Positions 17,361 through 27,516 of a DNA stretch of 64,000 nt are shown one piece after another; position 1 is the stretch's first letter; the number at the start of each line of letters is the position of its first letter. This stretch comes from Solirubrobacterales bacterium (GTDB lineage: Bacteria; Actinomycetota; Thermoleophilia; Solirubrobacterales; 70-9): positions 12,232 to 76,231 of the forward strand of contig JBPCKC010000012.1 of the NCBI GenBank assembly GCA_051004675.1. The letters run 5' to 3'. The translations under genes and the position numbers were made by a program. The notes below the pieces were generated by a model that saw only the letters and a program-made list of their open reading frames with translations, did no database searches and was not told where the DNA came from.

Positions 17361-17975
17361 ATGACCATTGCCCTGATCGTCATCGGGATCGTCCTCTTCC
17401 TGGGGCTGATCTTCATCCTGATCCGCAACTCGATGATCGGGTCGCGCAACCGCGTCGACGAGTCGTGGTCGGGAATCGACGTCCAGCTCAAGCGCCGCCA
17501 CGACCTGGTGCCGAACCTGGTCGAGACCGTCAAGGGCTACGCCACGCATGAGCAGCAGACCTTCGAGAACGTCACGAAGGCCCGCGCCGCCGCGATGGGC
17601 GCCCAGGGCCCTCAGCAGGCCAGCCAGGCCGAGGGTGTCCTCGACCGTGCGCTCGCCGACCTGCGCGCGGTGGCCGAGCAGTACCCGGACCTGCGCGCCA
17701 CCGAGAACTTCCAGCAGCTCTCCAGGAACCTGTCGGAGCTCGAGGACGAGATCCAGGCCTCGCGGCGGATCTACAACTCGAACGTGCAGGCCTACAACAC
17801 GAAGATCCAGGTTTTCCCGAACTCCGTGGTCGCCGGAATGGGCGGCTTCACGGCCCGGGAGTTCTTCGAGATCGAGGACGCCGCCCAGCGCGAGCCGGTC
17901 AACGTCTCGTTCACCCAGCCGCCGGCAGCCGCTCCTCCGGCCCCGCCCGCGCCCCCGGCGGCTCCGTCGTCCTGA
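17361..17975 (+). CDS. LemA family protein
   Basis: N-terminal TM helix, then RNRVDESWSGIDVQLKRRHDLVPNLVETVKGYATHEQ..F..V..AR. SD GAGGAGAG upstream. Confidence 0.9.
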   Translation: MTIALIVIGIVLFLGLIFILIRNSMIGSRNRVDESWSGIDVQLKRRHDLVPNLVETVKGYATHEQQTFENVTKARAAAMGAQGPQQASQAEGVLDRALADLRAVAEQYPDLRATENFQQLSRNLSELEDEIQASRRIYNSNVQAYNTKIQVFPNSVVAGMGGFTAREFFEIEDAAQREPVNVSFTQPPAAAPPAPPAPPAAPSS

Positions 17976-18050
17976 CCTGAGCGGTCACGGCCAGACCCGA
18001 CCGGGGCGGCCGCCGGCCGGCCCGCGAACGCGGGTGCCGCGCCCGGGCCC

Positions 18051-19079
18051 CTAGCAGGGCGTCGTGACGCCGGCCGCGGAGTCCACGGCCTGGAACGCGC
18101 GGCTGGGGACGTCCTTGAGGTCACCGATGTCCTCGTCGTCCCATCCGGGGTGGGCAGCGCCCTGGAAGAACCAGTTCGAGCCGTTGTCGGCGACGATCAT
18201 CCCGTAGCGGCGCAGGGCCTCGAAGATCGGCCGCGCCTGGCTTCCCTCCGCATAGTCGGCGAGGTGCTCGGAGTAGTAGCCGGCCTTCATCCGCAGGCGC
18301 AGGCCCATCGGGGGAAGTGAGCGCCCGCAGCGACTGGAGGCATGGTGGACCGCGGGGTGGATGTAGGCCCTCCGCGTGGCATCGAAGGTGACCCGGATCG
18401 CGTGCTCGACGCTCCCGGCCGCGACCTCGTCGTAGCGGACGAGGCCCGGGAGGATCGGCAGCCCGGCGGCGTCGGCCGACGTCCAGGTCTCCGGGTGGCG
18501 GTCGGCGGCGGCGAGGTCGAACAGCGCCGTCGAGTCAGCCTCCCACCGCTCCTGGCCGGGGCGCGGGAAGGAGCGGTACATCTCCCAGAGGTCGCAGGCC
18601 CCCTCGCGCACGGCGATCACATGACGGTCCCCGTCGTCGCCAAAGCCCTCGATCGGGGCATCGAGCGGGATCGGCGCCGAGCCCGGCCCCCCGGTGCCGG
18701 CGCCGAACTCGCTCTCGTCCGGGTAGCCGCCCTCGACGATCTCCACGTCTACGAGCGGCTCGGTCTGGGGCACGACGACGTAGGGGATGCCGTACTGGCC
18801 GCCTCCACCGAAGTCGGGGTGCAGGGACTGGCCGCCGCTGAGCCTGCGGATTCGCTTCATGTACTCGGCCGATCGTGCGTCCTTCGGGGTCGCCGAGACG
18901 TCCTGGTTCCAGGCGGTCTGGTCGGCGGCCGATGGGGCGCCGGCCGGCCCCGTGTACGCCGGGAAGATGGGGCAGCCACCCGGGGTGGGCGGCGTGCCGG
19001 CGGACGCCGGGGCGATCGCCACGGCGAGCCCGAGCAGCGCCGCCACCGCCGCGGCTTGCCCTGCCTTCGCAATCGCCAT
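18051..19079 (-). CDS. secreted hypothetical protein
   Basis: Signal peptide MAIAKAGQAAAVAALLGLAVAIAPASA. Conserved-looking blocks DRHVIAVREGACDLWEMY and GLPILPGLVRYDEV..G.VEHAIRVTF. Family not recognised. Confidence 0.75.
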   Translation of the reverse strand: MAIAKAGQAAAVAALLGLAVAIAPASAGTPPTPGGCPIFPAYTGPAGAPSAADQTAWNQDVSATPKDARSAEYMKRIRRLSGGQSLHPDFGGGGQYGIPYVVVPQTEPLVDVEIVEGGYPDESEFGAGTGGPGSAPIPLDAPIEGFGDDGDRHVIAVREGACDLWEMYRSFPRPGQERWEADSTALFDLAAADRHPETWTSADAAGLPILPGLVRYDEVAAGSVEHAIRVTFDATRRAYIHPAVHHASSRCGRSLPPMGLRLRMKAGYYSEHLADYAEGSQARPIFEALRRYGMIVADNGSNWFFQGAAHPGWDDEDIGDLKDVPSRAFQAVDSAAGVTTPC

Positions 19080-19135
19080 GGGTGGATTATCGACCCTCGG
19101 TCGTGGGACTTGACCGAACCGCCCGGCCGTGGACC

Positions 19136-19141
19136 TAGTAT
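19136..19141 (+). promoter_or_regulatory. -10-like TAGTAT placed 6 nt before corA ATG (leaderless-type start)
   Basis: Sequence reads ggaccTAGTATcggcgcATG, with no SD. Confidence 0.35.
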
Positions 19142-19147
19142 CGGCGC

Positions 19148-20119
19148 ATGATCGTCGACTGCGCTCACTATGTCGACGGGCGCCGCCAGCACGAGGGCCC
19201 CCTCGACGTGCAGACCGCGGCCGGGGCCGCGAAGGGCGACGGCGACTTCGTGTGGCTGGGCCTCCACGAGCCCGACGACGCCGAGCTCGACCAGGTGGCG
19301 AAGGCGTTCGGCCTGCACGAGCTGGCCGTCGAGGACGCCAAGAACGCCCACCAGCGGCCGAAGCTCGAGGACTACGACGACTCGTTCTTCATCGTCCTGC
19401 GCCCCGCCCGCTACGACGACGAGGCGGAGGAGGTGGAGTTCGGGGAGATCCACCTCTTCGCCGGCCCCGGATACGTCATCGCGGTCCGCCACGGCGAGGC
19501 GAGCGGCCTGGCGGACGCCCGGCGGCGGATCGAGGAGCACGAGGACCTGCTGCGGGCCGGACCGGCGGCGGTGGTCTGGGCGATTCTGGACAAGGTCGTC
19601 GACGACTACGCGCCGGTCGTCGCCGGGATCGAGGACGACATCGAGGAGGTCGAGACCGAGATCTTCCAGGAGCGCATGGACTCGACCCAGCGGATCTATT
19701 TCCTCAAGCGCGAGGTGATCGAGTTCCATCGCGCGGTGGCGCCGCTTTTGGCGCCGCTGGAGGCGCTCGAGCGCGGGGCCTACGTGGACGTGGACGAGCA
19801 GCTCCGCCGCTACTTCCGCGACGTGGCCGACCATGCCCGGCGCGTGGACGAGCTGGTCCTGGGCCAGCGGGAGCTGTTGACGTCGATCCTGGAGGCCAAC
19901 CTCGCCCTGCTCGGCGTCAAGCAGAACGAGGTGATCCGGGGGATCTCCGCGTGGGCGGCGATCATCGCTGTGCCGACCTTCCTCGCCAGCATCTGGGGAA
20001 TGAACTTCGAGCACATGCCCGAGCTGCCCGAGTCCTGGGGTTACCCGGCGGCCCTCGCGCTGATGGCCGTGGCCGTGATCGCGCTGCATCGGTTCTTCCG
20101 CCGCATCGAGTGGTTATGA
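19148..20119 (+). CDS. corA: magnesium/cobalt transporter CorA
   Basis: C-terminal two TM helices with the signature WGMNFEHMPE (GMN motif). Confidence 0.92.
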   Translation: MIVDCAHYVDGRRQHEGPLDVQTAAGAAKGDGDFVWLGLHEPDDAELDQVAKAFGLHELAVEDAKNAHQRPKLEDYDDSFFIVLRPARYDDEAEEVEFGEIHLFAGPGYVIAVRHGEASGLADARRRIEEHEDLLRAGPAAVVWAILDKVVDDYAPVVAGIEDDIEEVETEIFQERMDSTQRIYFLKREVIEFHRAVAPLLAPLEALERGAYVDVDEQLRRYFRDVADHARRVDELVLGQRELLTSILEANLALLGVKQNEVIRGISAWAAIIAVPTFLASIWGMNFEHMPELPESWGYPAALALMAVAVIALHRFFRRIEWL

Positions 20120-20128
20120 GCCGGATGT

Positions 20129-20160
20129 GGGGTCAGACCCCTCGACTGGGATCTGACCCC
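20129..20160. repeat. REP-like palindromic element, copy 1
   Basis: GGGGTCAGAccc-tcgact-gggaTCTGACCCC forms a 9+3 bp stem with a 6-nt loop, starting 10 nt after the corA stop. Confidence 0.8.
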
Positions 20161-20256
20161 GCGCTCGGTGCACGGCCGGGGATCTGACCCCGCGCTCGGT
20201 GCACGGCTGGGGATCTGACCCCGCGCTCGGTGCACGGCCGGGGATCTGACCCCGCG
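20148..20256. repeat. 31-bp tandem array (3 full units plus a terminal core)
   Basis: The core GGGATCTGACCCCGCG starts at 20148, 20179, 20210 and 20241. The unit is gggatctgaccccgcgctcggtgcacggc(c/t)g. There are no unique spacers. Confidence 0.9.
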
Positions 20257-20260
20257 TGTC

Positions 20261-20266
20261 TACGAT
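20261..20266 (+). promoter_or_regulatory. -10-like TACGAT placed 6 nt before ATG 20273 (leaderless-type start)
   Basis: Sequence reads gtcTACGATccgtccATG, directly after the repeat array. Confidence 0.3.
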
Positions 20267-20272
20267 CCGTCC

Positions 20273-21142
20273 ATGGCGATCGACGTCCTCGCGCCGCTGG
20301 CGCTGGCGCTGGTGGCGCTCGGCTACTACCGGCGCTGCGCCACCCTGGCGCGGCGCGAGCGCCCGGTGGCGGGCTGGCGTCAGCTCGCGTTCGGGGCCTC
20401 GGTCCTCGTCCTGATCGCCGCCGACCTGCCTTTGCTCGCCACGCTCGCCGACGATGTGGTCGTAGCCCACATGGCGCAGCACCTGCTGATCGCCGACCTC
20501 GCAGCGCTCCTCTTCTGCCTCGGGCTCACCGGCCCCGTGCTCCAGCCGATCCTCGCCGTTCGCTGGCTGGCCTGGCTGCGCTCGTTCGGCAACCCCCTGG
20601 TCGCGTTTCCCGTGTGGGCGCTCAGCCTCTACGTCTGGCACCTCGCCTTCCTCTACGAGGGCGTCCTCGACAGCCAGCTCCTGCACCTGGCACAGCACGG
20701 CGCATTCTTCGGCTTCGGCCTCGCGATGTGGATGCCGCTGGCCGGCCCGCTGCCGACGCCGGCGTGGTTCTCCGACCTCGCCAAGCTCGCTTACGTGATC
20801 GCGGTGCGCTTCGCCGGAGCGGTCCTCGCGAACGTGCTGATCTGGTCCGGCGACGTGCTCTACTCCGCCTACGCCCCCGGTGAGCGCGAGCGCGGTATCG
20901 GCGCCCTCGCCGACCAGGGCGCGGCCGGGAACCTGATGATGATCGAGACCGGCGCGGTCACGATCGGCCTGTTCGCATGGCTGTTCTTCCGAGCGGCCAA
21001 CCGGGGGGCCGAGAAGCAGGAGCTGCTCGACCTGGCCGACCGCCACGGTGTCCCGCTGGATCCCGCGCGGGCGGCGCGGGCCGTGGCGGCGGGGCGGGGC
21101 CCGGCGCTGCGCCGGCGCATCCTGGGGGACGGCCGAGCATGA
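20273..21142 (+). CDS. cytochrome c oxidase assembly factor CtaG-like membrane protein
   Basis: Polytopic protein. AHMAQHLLIADLAALLF and HLAQHGAFFGFGLAMWMPL resemble the caa3-type CtaG family. Confidence 0.6.
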   Translation: MAIDVLAPLALALVALGYYRRCATLARRERPVAGWRQLAFGASVLVLIAADLPLLATLADDVVVAHMAQHLLIADLAALLFCLGLTGPVLQPILAVRWLAWLRSFGNPLVAFPVWALSLYVWHLAFLYEGVLDSQLLHLAQHGAFFGFGLAMWMPLAGPLPTPAWFSDLAKLAYVIAVRFAGAVLANVLIWSGDVLYSAYAPGERERGIGALADQGAAGNLMMIETGAVTIGLFAWLFFRAANRGAEKQELLDLADRHGVPLDPARAARAVAAGRGPALRRRILGDGRA

Positions 21143-22632
21143 GCTCGAATCGCTTCCTCTACCTGCTGGTCTTCGTGGTCGGCACCGGAAGCCTCGGCGC
21201 GGAGATCGCGGCCGTGCGCCTCATGTCACCCTTTTTCGGCGCCTCCACGATCGTCTGGGCCAACACCATCGGGGTCGTCCTGGTGGCGCTCTCGATCGGC
21301 TATTGGCTGGGCGGGCGCCTGGGCGACCGCCGCCCGACGGTCGAGGCCCTCTGCAAGATGATCCTGGCGGCGGCGGTGCTGCTGGCCGTCGTGCCGCTGG
21401 TGGCCCGCCCGTTCTTCGACATCTCCGTAGACGCCCTCGACCGGATCGAGGCCGGCGCCTTCGTCGGCTCTTTGGTCGGCGTGCTGTTCCTGATCGCGAT
21501 CCCGATCGTGATGCTCGGCACCTGCTCGCCCTGGGCGATCCGGCTCGCGGTCTCCGACGTCGAGCACGCCGGCACCGTCGCGGGGCGCCTGTACGCGATC
21601 TCCACCGTGGGATCGCTCCTCGGCACGCTGCTGGCGGCCCTGGTCCTGATCCCCCTGATCGGGACGCAGCGGACGTTTCTCGTCTTCGCCGCGGTGATCG
21701 CCCTGGTGGCGACGGCCGGCCTGGGATGGCGCTTCGCCGCGGTGCCGGTGGCGCTGGCCGCTGCGATCGCGCTCCCCGTCGGCACCGTCAAGGCCGCAAA
21801 CGATGGCGAGGTCATCTACGAGACCGAGACGGAGAACCAGTACGTGCGCGTGGTGGAGGAGGAGGACGGGGACCGGCTGCTGGAGCTGAACGAAGGCCAG
21901 GCGGTCCACTCTCTCTACCGGCCGGGCAGCTACCTGACCGACAACGTCTGGGACGGGTACCTGGTGCTCCCGTTCACCGGCCTGTCCGAGGCGCCGGAGC
22001 GCATCGCGATCCTGGGCAACGCGGCCGGGACGACGGCTCGGGCCTACGGCCACTACTTCCCGGCGACCGAGATCGACGGCGTGGAGATCGACCCCGAGCT
22101 CGAGGAGGTGGGGACGCGCTTCTTCGACATGGGCTCGGCCGAGAACCTGACCGTCCACAACGAGGATGCGCGGCCGTGGCTGCGACGCTCCGAGGGTGGC
22201 TACGACGTGATCATGGTCGACGCCTATCGCCAGCCCTACATCCCGTTCTATTTGGCCACGAAGGAGTTCTTCGAGCTCGTCCGCGACCGGCTGGCCCCCG
22301 GCGGGGTCGTCGTCGTCAACGCCGGCCACCCGGAGGGCAACGACGACCTGGAGACGGTGCTGGGCTCGACGATGGCGGCCGCGTTCCCGACGGTCCTGCG
22401 CGACCCGATCGAAGACACCAACACGCTGCTCGTCGCGAGCGAGGCGCCGATCTCGGGCCGGCGGCTGCTGGAGCGGGCGAGCGAGCTGCCGCCCGACCTC
22501 CAGCGGGTCGCCGCGGTCGAGGGCGGTCAGGTGCAGGAGCGGCTCTCCGGCGACGAGGTCTACACCGACGACCACGCTCCCGTCGAGTGGCTCATCGACC
22601 GCTCCATCCTGGGCTACGCCTCGGATGAGTAG
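21139..22632 (+). CDS. fused membrane / spermidine synthase-like protein
   Basis: Roughly 7 TM helices, then ENQYVRVVE...ILGNAAGTTARAY...EIDGVEIDPEL...DVIMVDAYRQPYIPFYLATKEFF...PGGVVVVN (SAM-MTase/SpeE fold). ATGA overlap with the previous gene. Confidence 0.8.
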   Translation: MSSNRFLYLLVFVVGTGSLGAEIAAVRLMSPFFGASTIVWANTIGVVLVALSIGYWLGGRLGDRRPTVEALCKMILAAAVLLAVVPLVARPFFDISVDALDRIEAGAFVGSLVGVLFLIAIPIVMLGTCSPWAIRLAVSDVEHAGTVAGRLYAISTVGSLLGTLLAALVLIPLIGTQRTFLVFAAVIALVATAGLGWRFAAVPVALAAAIALPVGTVKAANDGEVIYETETENQYVRVVEEEDGDRLLELNEGQAVHSLYRPGSYLTDNVWDGYLVLPFTGLSEAPERIAILGNAAGTTARAYGHYFPATEIDGVEIDPELEEVGTRFFDMGSAENLTVHNEDARPWLRRSEGGYDVIMVDAYRQPYIPFYLATKEFFELVRDRLAPGGVVVVNAGHPEGNDDLETVLGSTMAAAFPTVLRDPIEDTNTLLVASEAPISGRRLLERASELPPDLQRVAAVEGGQVQERLSGDEVYTDDHAPVEWLIDRSILGYASDE

Positions 22633-22761
22633 GGCCACCGATCGCGCGGCGGCCTGGGTGCTGACCGGGCCCGTCGGGCGTGTCATCGCGTTCGTGGCGG
22701 ACCTCGGCGGCGCCTGGCTGACCTGGGCCGCCTCGAAGGCGAGCACTAAGCTGCGCGGCTC

Positions 22762-24168
22762 TTGAAGACCACCGTCACAGAGCTGGCCGATTCGCGGGTG
22801 CGCGTGGAGGTCGAGGTACCCGCGGGCGAGCTCGAGAAGCGACTCGACCGCGCAGCCCGCGAGCTCGCGGGCGAGATGAAGCTGCCCGGGTTTCGCAAGG
22901 GCAAGGTCCCTGCCCAGCTCGTCGTCCAGCGCCTGGGCCGCGCGCCGGTCGTGGAGCAGGCCCTTCGTGGCGCGCTGCCTGAGTGGTACGACGAGGCGCT
23001 TCGCTCCAGCGGCGTCAGGCCCGTAGGCGAGCCCAAGCTCGACGTCGGGGAGCTGCCCGCGGCCGGGGAGGACCTGCTTTTTCAGATCGAGATCGGCGTC
23101 CGCCCGCCCGCGAAGCTGGGGGAGTACCTGGGCCTCGAGGTGGGCAGGCCCGAGCCGGAGGTGCCCGACCAGGCGGTGGAGGCCGAGCTCGAGCGCCTGC
23201 GCGAGGGCTTCGCCTCGCTGAGCCCGGTGGACCGGCCGGCCGGCGAGGGCGATGTGGTCTCGCTCGACTATCGCGGCACCGTCGAGGGCGAGCCATTCGA
23301 GGGCGGCTCGGGAAGCGACCAGCTCATCGAACTGGGATCCGCGACCCTCGTCGAGGGTTTCGAGGAGGCCCTGGTCGGAGCGTCGGCCGGCGAGGAGCGC
23401 GAGATCGCCGTCACCTTTCCCGACGACTATCGGGCCGAGGAGCTGGCCGGCAAGGCCGCGAAGTTCGACGTGACGGTCAACGAGGTGCGCGAGAAGTCGC
23501 TGCCGGCGCTCGACGACGAGTTCGCCTCCGACGCCTCTGAGTTCGAGACCCTCGCCGACCTGCGCGACGAGATCCGCTCGCGGGCCGGCGAGGCGGCGGA
23601 GCGCCAGGCGCAGGAGGGATTCCGCGAGGCCGTCGTCGACGCCGTCGTCGCGGGGGCCACGATCGACGTCCCCGACGAGATCGTGACCGCCCAGGCCTCC
23701 GAGTCGCTCGACCGCTTTCTCCACGACCTGAGCCATAGGGGCGTCGACCCCGAGGCGTTCGTGAACGTTCAGGAGGGTGGACGGGAGGCCATGCTCGAGA
23801 GCGTGAAGGGCGACGCGGAGCGCTCCCTGCGGCGCGAGGCGGCGCTCAGCGCCGTCGCGGAGGCGGAGGCGATCGAGGTCTCCGACGAGGACCTCCTCGA
23901 GGCGCTCGGCCCCGGCGAGGGGAAGAACGACCCCCGCAAGCTGCTCGACAAGCTGCGGCAGTCCGGGCGCGACGAGCTGCTGCGGGAAGAGATCCGCATG
24001 CGCCGCGCGGCCGACCTCGTCGTCGAGGCTGCCAAGCCGATTCCCCTCGAGCGGGCCGCTGCCCGCGAGGCGATCTGGACGCCCGAAACCGGGGGCGAGA
24101 AGACAGCCGCACAGCCGGGAGGTTCCGAGGGCGAATCGGCGGGCAAGATCTGGACCCCGGGCCGCTGA
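22762..24168 (+). CDS. tig: trigger factor
   Basis: MKTTVTELADSRVRVEVEVP...LPGFRKGKVP... followed by a PPIase domain. TTG start as given by the track. Confidence 0.92.
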   Translation: MKTTVTELADSRVRVEVEVPAGELEKRLDRAARELAGEMKLPGFRKGKVPAQLVVQRLGRAPVVEQALRGALPEWYDEALRSSGVRPVGEPKLDVGELPAAGEDLLFQIEIGVRPPAKLGEYLGLEVGRPEPEVPDQAVEAELERLREGFASLSPVDRPAGEGDVVSLDYRGTVEGEPFEGGSGSDQLIELGSATLVEGFEEALVGASAGEEREIAVTFPDDYRAEELAGKAAKFDVTVNEVREKSLPALDDEFASDASEFETLADLRDEIRSRAGEAAERQAQEGFREAVVDAVVAGATIDVPDEIVTAQASESLDRFLHDLSHRGVDPEAFVNVQEGGREAMLESVKGDAERSLRREAALSAVAEAEAIEVSDEDLLEALGPGEGKNDPRKLLDKLRQSGRDELLREEIRMRRAADLVVEAAKPIPLERAAAREAIWTPETGGEKTAAQPGGSEGESAGKIWTPGR

Positions 24169-24235
24169 GCGGGCGGGGTTCGTTGGCGCCGAGCCGAGCG
24201 GGAACGCCGAGGCGCTCTTATAGACTGCGCGCCCG

Positions 24236-24844
24236 ATGAGCGAACGCGAGCCGATCCGCAACAGCCCGCTGGTGCCGATGGTGGTCGAGCAGACCTCCCG
24301 GGGCGAGCGTGCCTTCGACATCTACTCGCGCCTGCTGAACGAACGGATCGTCTTCCTCGGCACGCCGGTTACCGAGGACATCGCGAACCTGATCGTCGCC
24401 CAGCTCATCCACCTCGAGTCGGAGGATCCCGACAAGGACATCTCCATGTACATCAACTCGCCGGGCGGGTCGGTGTACGCGGGGCTCGCGATCTACGACA
24501 CGATGCAGTACATCAAGCCCGACGTGCAGACCATCTGCGTCGGGGTGGCGATGAGCATGGGCGCGTTGCTGCTCGCGGGGGGCGCGGCGGATAAGCGCAT
24601 GGCGCTGCCGAACGCCAAGATCCTGATCCACCAGGTTTCGGCCGGCTTCTCCGGCCAGGCGACCGATATCGAGATCCACGCGCGCGAGATCATCGACGTG
24701 CGCAAGCGCCTCGACGAGATCATCGCCCACCACACCGGGCAGCCCTTCGACAAGGTCACCCAGGACACCGACCGCGATTACTTCATGAGCGCGCAGGAGG
24801 CGAAGGAGTACTCCATCGTCGACCGCGTGATCGAGCGCCACTAG
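24236..24844 (+). CDS. clpP: ATP-dependent Clp protease proteolytic subunit
   Basis: [39 protein letters not shown] and ILIHQ motifs. TAGACT hexamer at 24221-24226 lies 9 nt before the ATG, with no SD. Confidence 0.95.
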   Translation: MSEREPIRNSPLVPMVVEQTSRGERAFDIYSRLLNERIVFLGTPVTEDIANLIVAQLIHLESEDPDKDISMYINSPGGSVYAGLAIYDTMQYIKPDVQTICVGVAMSMGALLLAGGAADKRMALPNAKILIHQVSAGFSGQATDIEIHAREIIDVRKRLDEIIAHHTGQPFDKVTQDTDRDYFMSAQEAKEYSIVDRVIERH

Positions 24845-24874
24845 CCTCGTACTGCGTCAGCCCTCCGGGTTCCG

Positions 24875-24896
24875 GCCCCCTCGGCGCAGCGGGGGC
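24875..24896. terminator. GC hairpin between convergent clpP and the 147-aa gene
   Basis: GCCCCC-tcggcgcagc-GGGGGC, with no U tract. Confidence 0.3.
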
Positions 24897-24897
24897 G

Positions 24898-25341
24898 TCA
24901 GTCGAGCGTCACGGACCACTCGAGCCTGCCCGAGGTGCAGCCCTCGTAGCCGGCGTTGGGATAGTCGCCCGTGATCTTCAGGGTTCCCGAGACCCTCTTC
25001 TTCGTCGCGAACTCGCCGCGGATGACGGTGGCGCCGTCGAAGTTGTTGCCGTCGTTGGTGAAGACGCGGCCGAAGCGCCACTCGCGGTTGACCAGCATCG
25101 GGCCGAAGGGCGCGGTGCTCTTGGTCCTGAACGGGGCGCCCACCACGCAGGTCATGGCGACCCGCCTGAACTTGAACGCCTCGACGACCTTCGGCTTGCC
25201 GTTGCGGTAGCGGACGTCGAGGATGACCTCGAAGCCTCCCGTGGCGGGGCCCGCAACCTCGCCGCTCGAGGACTGGGCCTCGGCGGCCGGCGGCCAGAGG
25301 AGCGCCGTGGCGGCGGCGCCGATGGCGATGTAGCGATGCAA
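24898..25341 (-). CDS. secreted hypothetical protein, paralog A
   Basis: Signal peptide MHRYIAIGAAATALLWPPAAEA. Shares GG.+I.(L/V)DV...NGKP..V.a..%R......C..G and G.F......G.(L/I)K..G.....G.C blocks with the next gene. Confidence 0.7.
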   Translation of the reverse strand: MHRYIAIGAAATALLWPPAAEAQSSSGEVAGPATGGFEVILDVRYRNGKPKVVEAFKFRRVAMTCVVGAPFRTKSTAPFGPMLVNREWRFGRVFTNDGNNFDGATVIRGEFATKKRVSGTLKITGDYPNAGYEGCTSGRLEWSVTLD

Positions 25342-25420
25342 GCGATCCTTCCCTGCGACCCGGTTGACCCCGCTGACTGTAGCGTCGCCCCGCCGGATGC
25401 GGGACGGCGCGCCCGCGGGC

Positions 25421-25906
25421 CTAGTCGACGCGGAAGGCCTCGTGGACCCGGGCCTTCATCTTCTGCGGATGGGGACCGTCGTCGCCCCGCCGGGCCGTGT
25501 AGCCGCGCTTCGCGGTCGTGCAGGTTCCGGCCTCGCCGCCGAAGGTGGAAGGCCCTTCCTTGATCTCGCCCACGAGCTTGCGGCCCTGCCTCCTGAATCT
25601 GCCCTTGAAGAAGATCTTGCTGCCCATCCCGTCGCCGCCGTCGATCGTGAACCTGTTGTCGTTCACCGTGGCGGCATTGAAGTCCCACGTGGACCCGATC
25701 AGGAAGTTCCCCCCGGTGCAGTTCGCCGGGAAGCCCCTGTACCGCATCGCGTCGACCTGGAACGGCTTGCCGTTGACCCAGGTCACGTCGACGCCGATCT
25801 TGCCGCCGCCCTCGATCTTGCCGCCGTAGAACTGCTCCGCGGCTGCGGCGCTCGCCGGGACCGCGAGGGCCGTCGACGCGGCGAGGCAGATGATCAGTCG
25901 CTTCAT
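25421..25906 (-). CDS. secreted hypothetical protein, paralog B
   Basis: Start at ATG 25906 (MKRLIICLAASTALAVPASAAAAEQ), inside track ORF 25421..25951. Alignable by eye with paralog A. Confidence 0.7.
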   Translation of the reverse strand: MKRLIICLAASTALAVPASAAAAEQFYGGKIEGGGKIGVDVTWVNGKPFQVDAMRYRGFPANCTGGNFLIGSTWDFNAATVNDNRFTIDGGDGMGSKIFFKGRFRRQGRKLVGEIKEGPSTFGGEAGTCTTAKRGYTARRGDDGPHPQKMKARVHEAFRVD

Positions 25907-26117
25907 GGTTCGTCTCCCTGGCTTCGGTTGCGATGTCCCTGCGGCGAGCAACCTAGCGCGCCGGGCGGTCGCGCGTCAAGGGCGCAGCGGCGCAAGGCGG
26001 CGCTCAGTTGAAGGGACGCGGCCCCCCGCCGAGTAAAGGGCAGGGGTCAAAGCCAGGCCGGGCGTGTCGTAACCTGCGAGGGGACGGTGGCGCCGGGCCG
26101 TAGAAGGGAGAGATCCA

Positions 26118-27404
<1,287 letters not shown>

Positions 27405-27427
27405 CGAGCGTAGTTCGACGGCTTGGA

Positions 27428-27470
27428 CTGTCCTGCTTTGCCCACCCACTGGGGGGGTAGGGCAGGACAG
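27428..27470. terminator. bidirectional hairpin between convergent clpX and the aldo/keto reductase gene
   Basis: CTGTCCTGC (27428-27436) pairs with GCAGGACAG (27462-27470). An inner CCCACCC/GGGGGGG pairing is also possible. Confidence 0.5.
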
Positions 27471-27516
27471 CTGCCACGGGGAAGGCGCTCGCGCGCTCGG
27501 TGCCGGTGACCGTGGT

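Noticed and set aside
20148-20256. Possible CRISPR array (31-bp repeats)
   Set aside because: The units abut directly with no unique spacers. There are only about 3.5 copies and no cas genes in the window. This is a tandem repeat of a REP-like element.
21226-24321. 1031-aa minus-strand ORF
   Set aside because: It is antisense to the spermidine-synthase-like gene, tig and the start of clpP. Its composition is low-complexity Arg/Gly/Asp/Leu.
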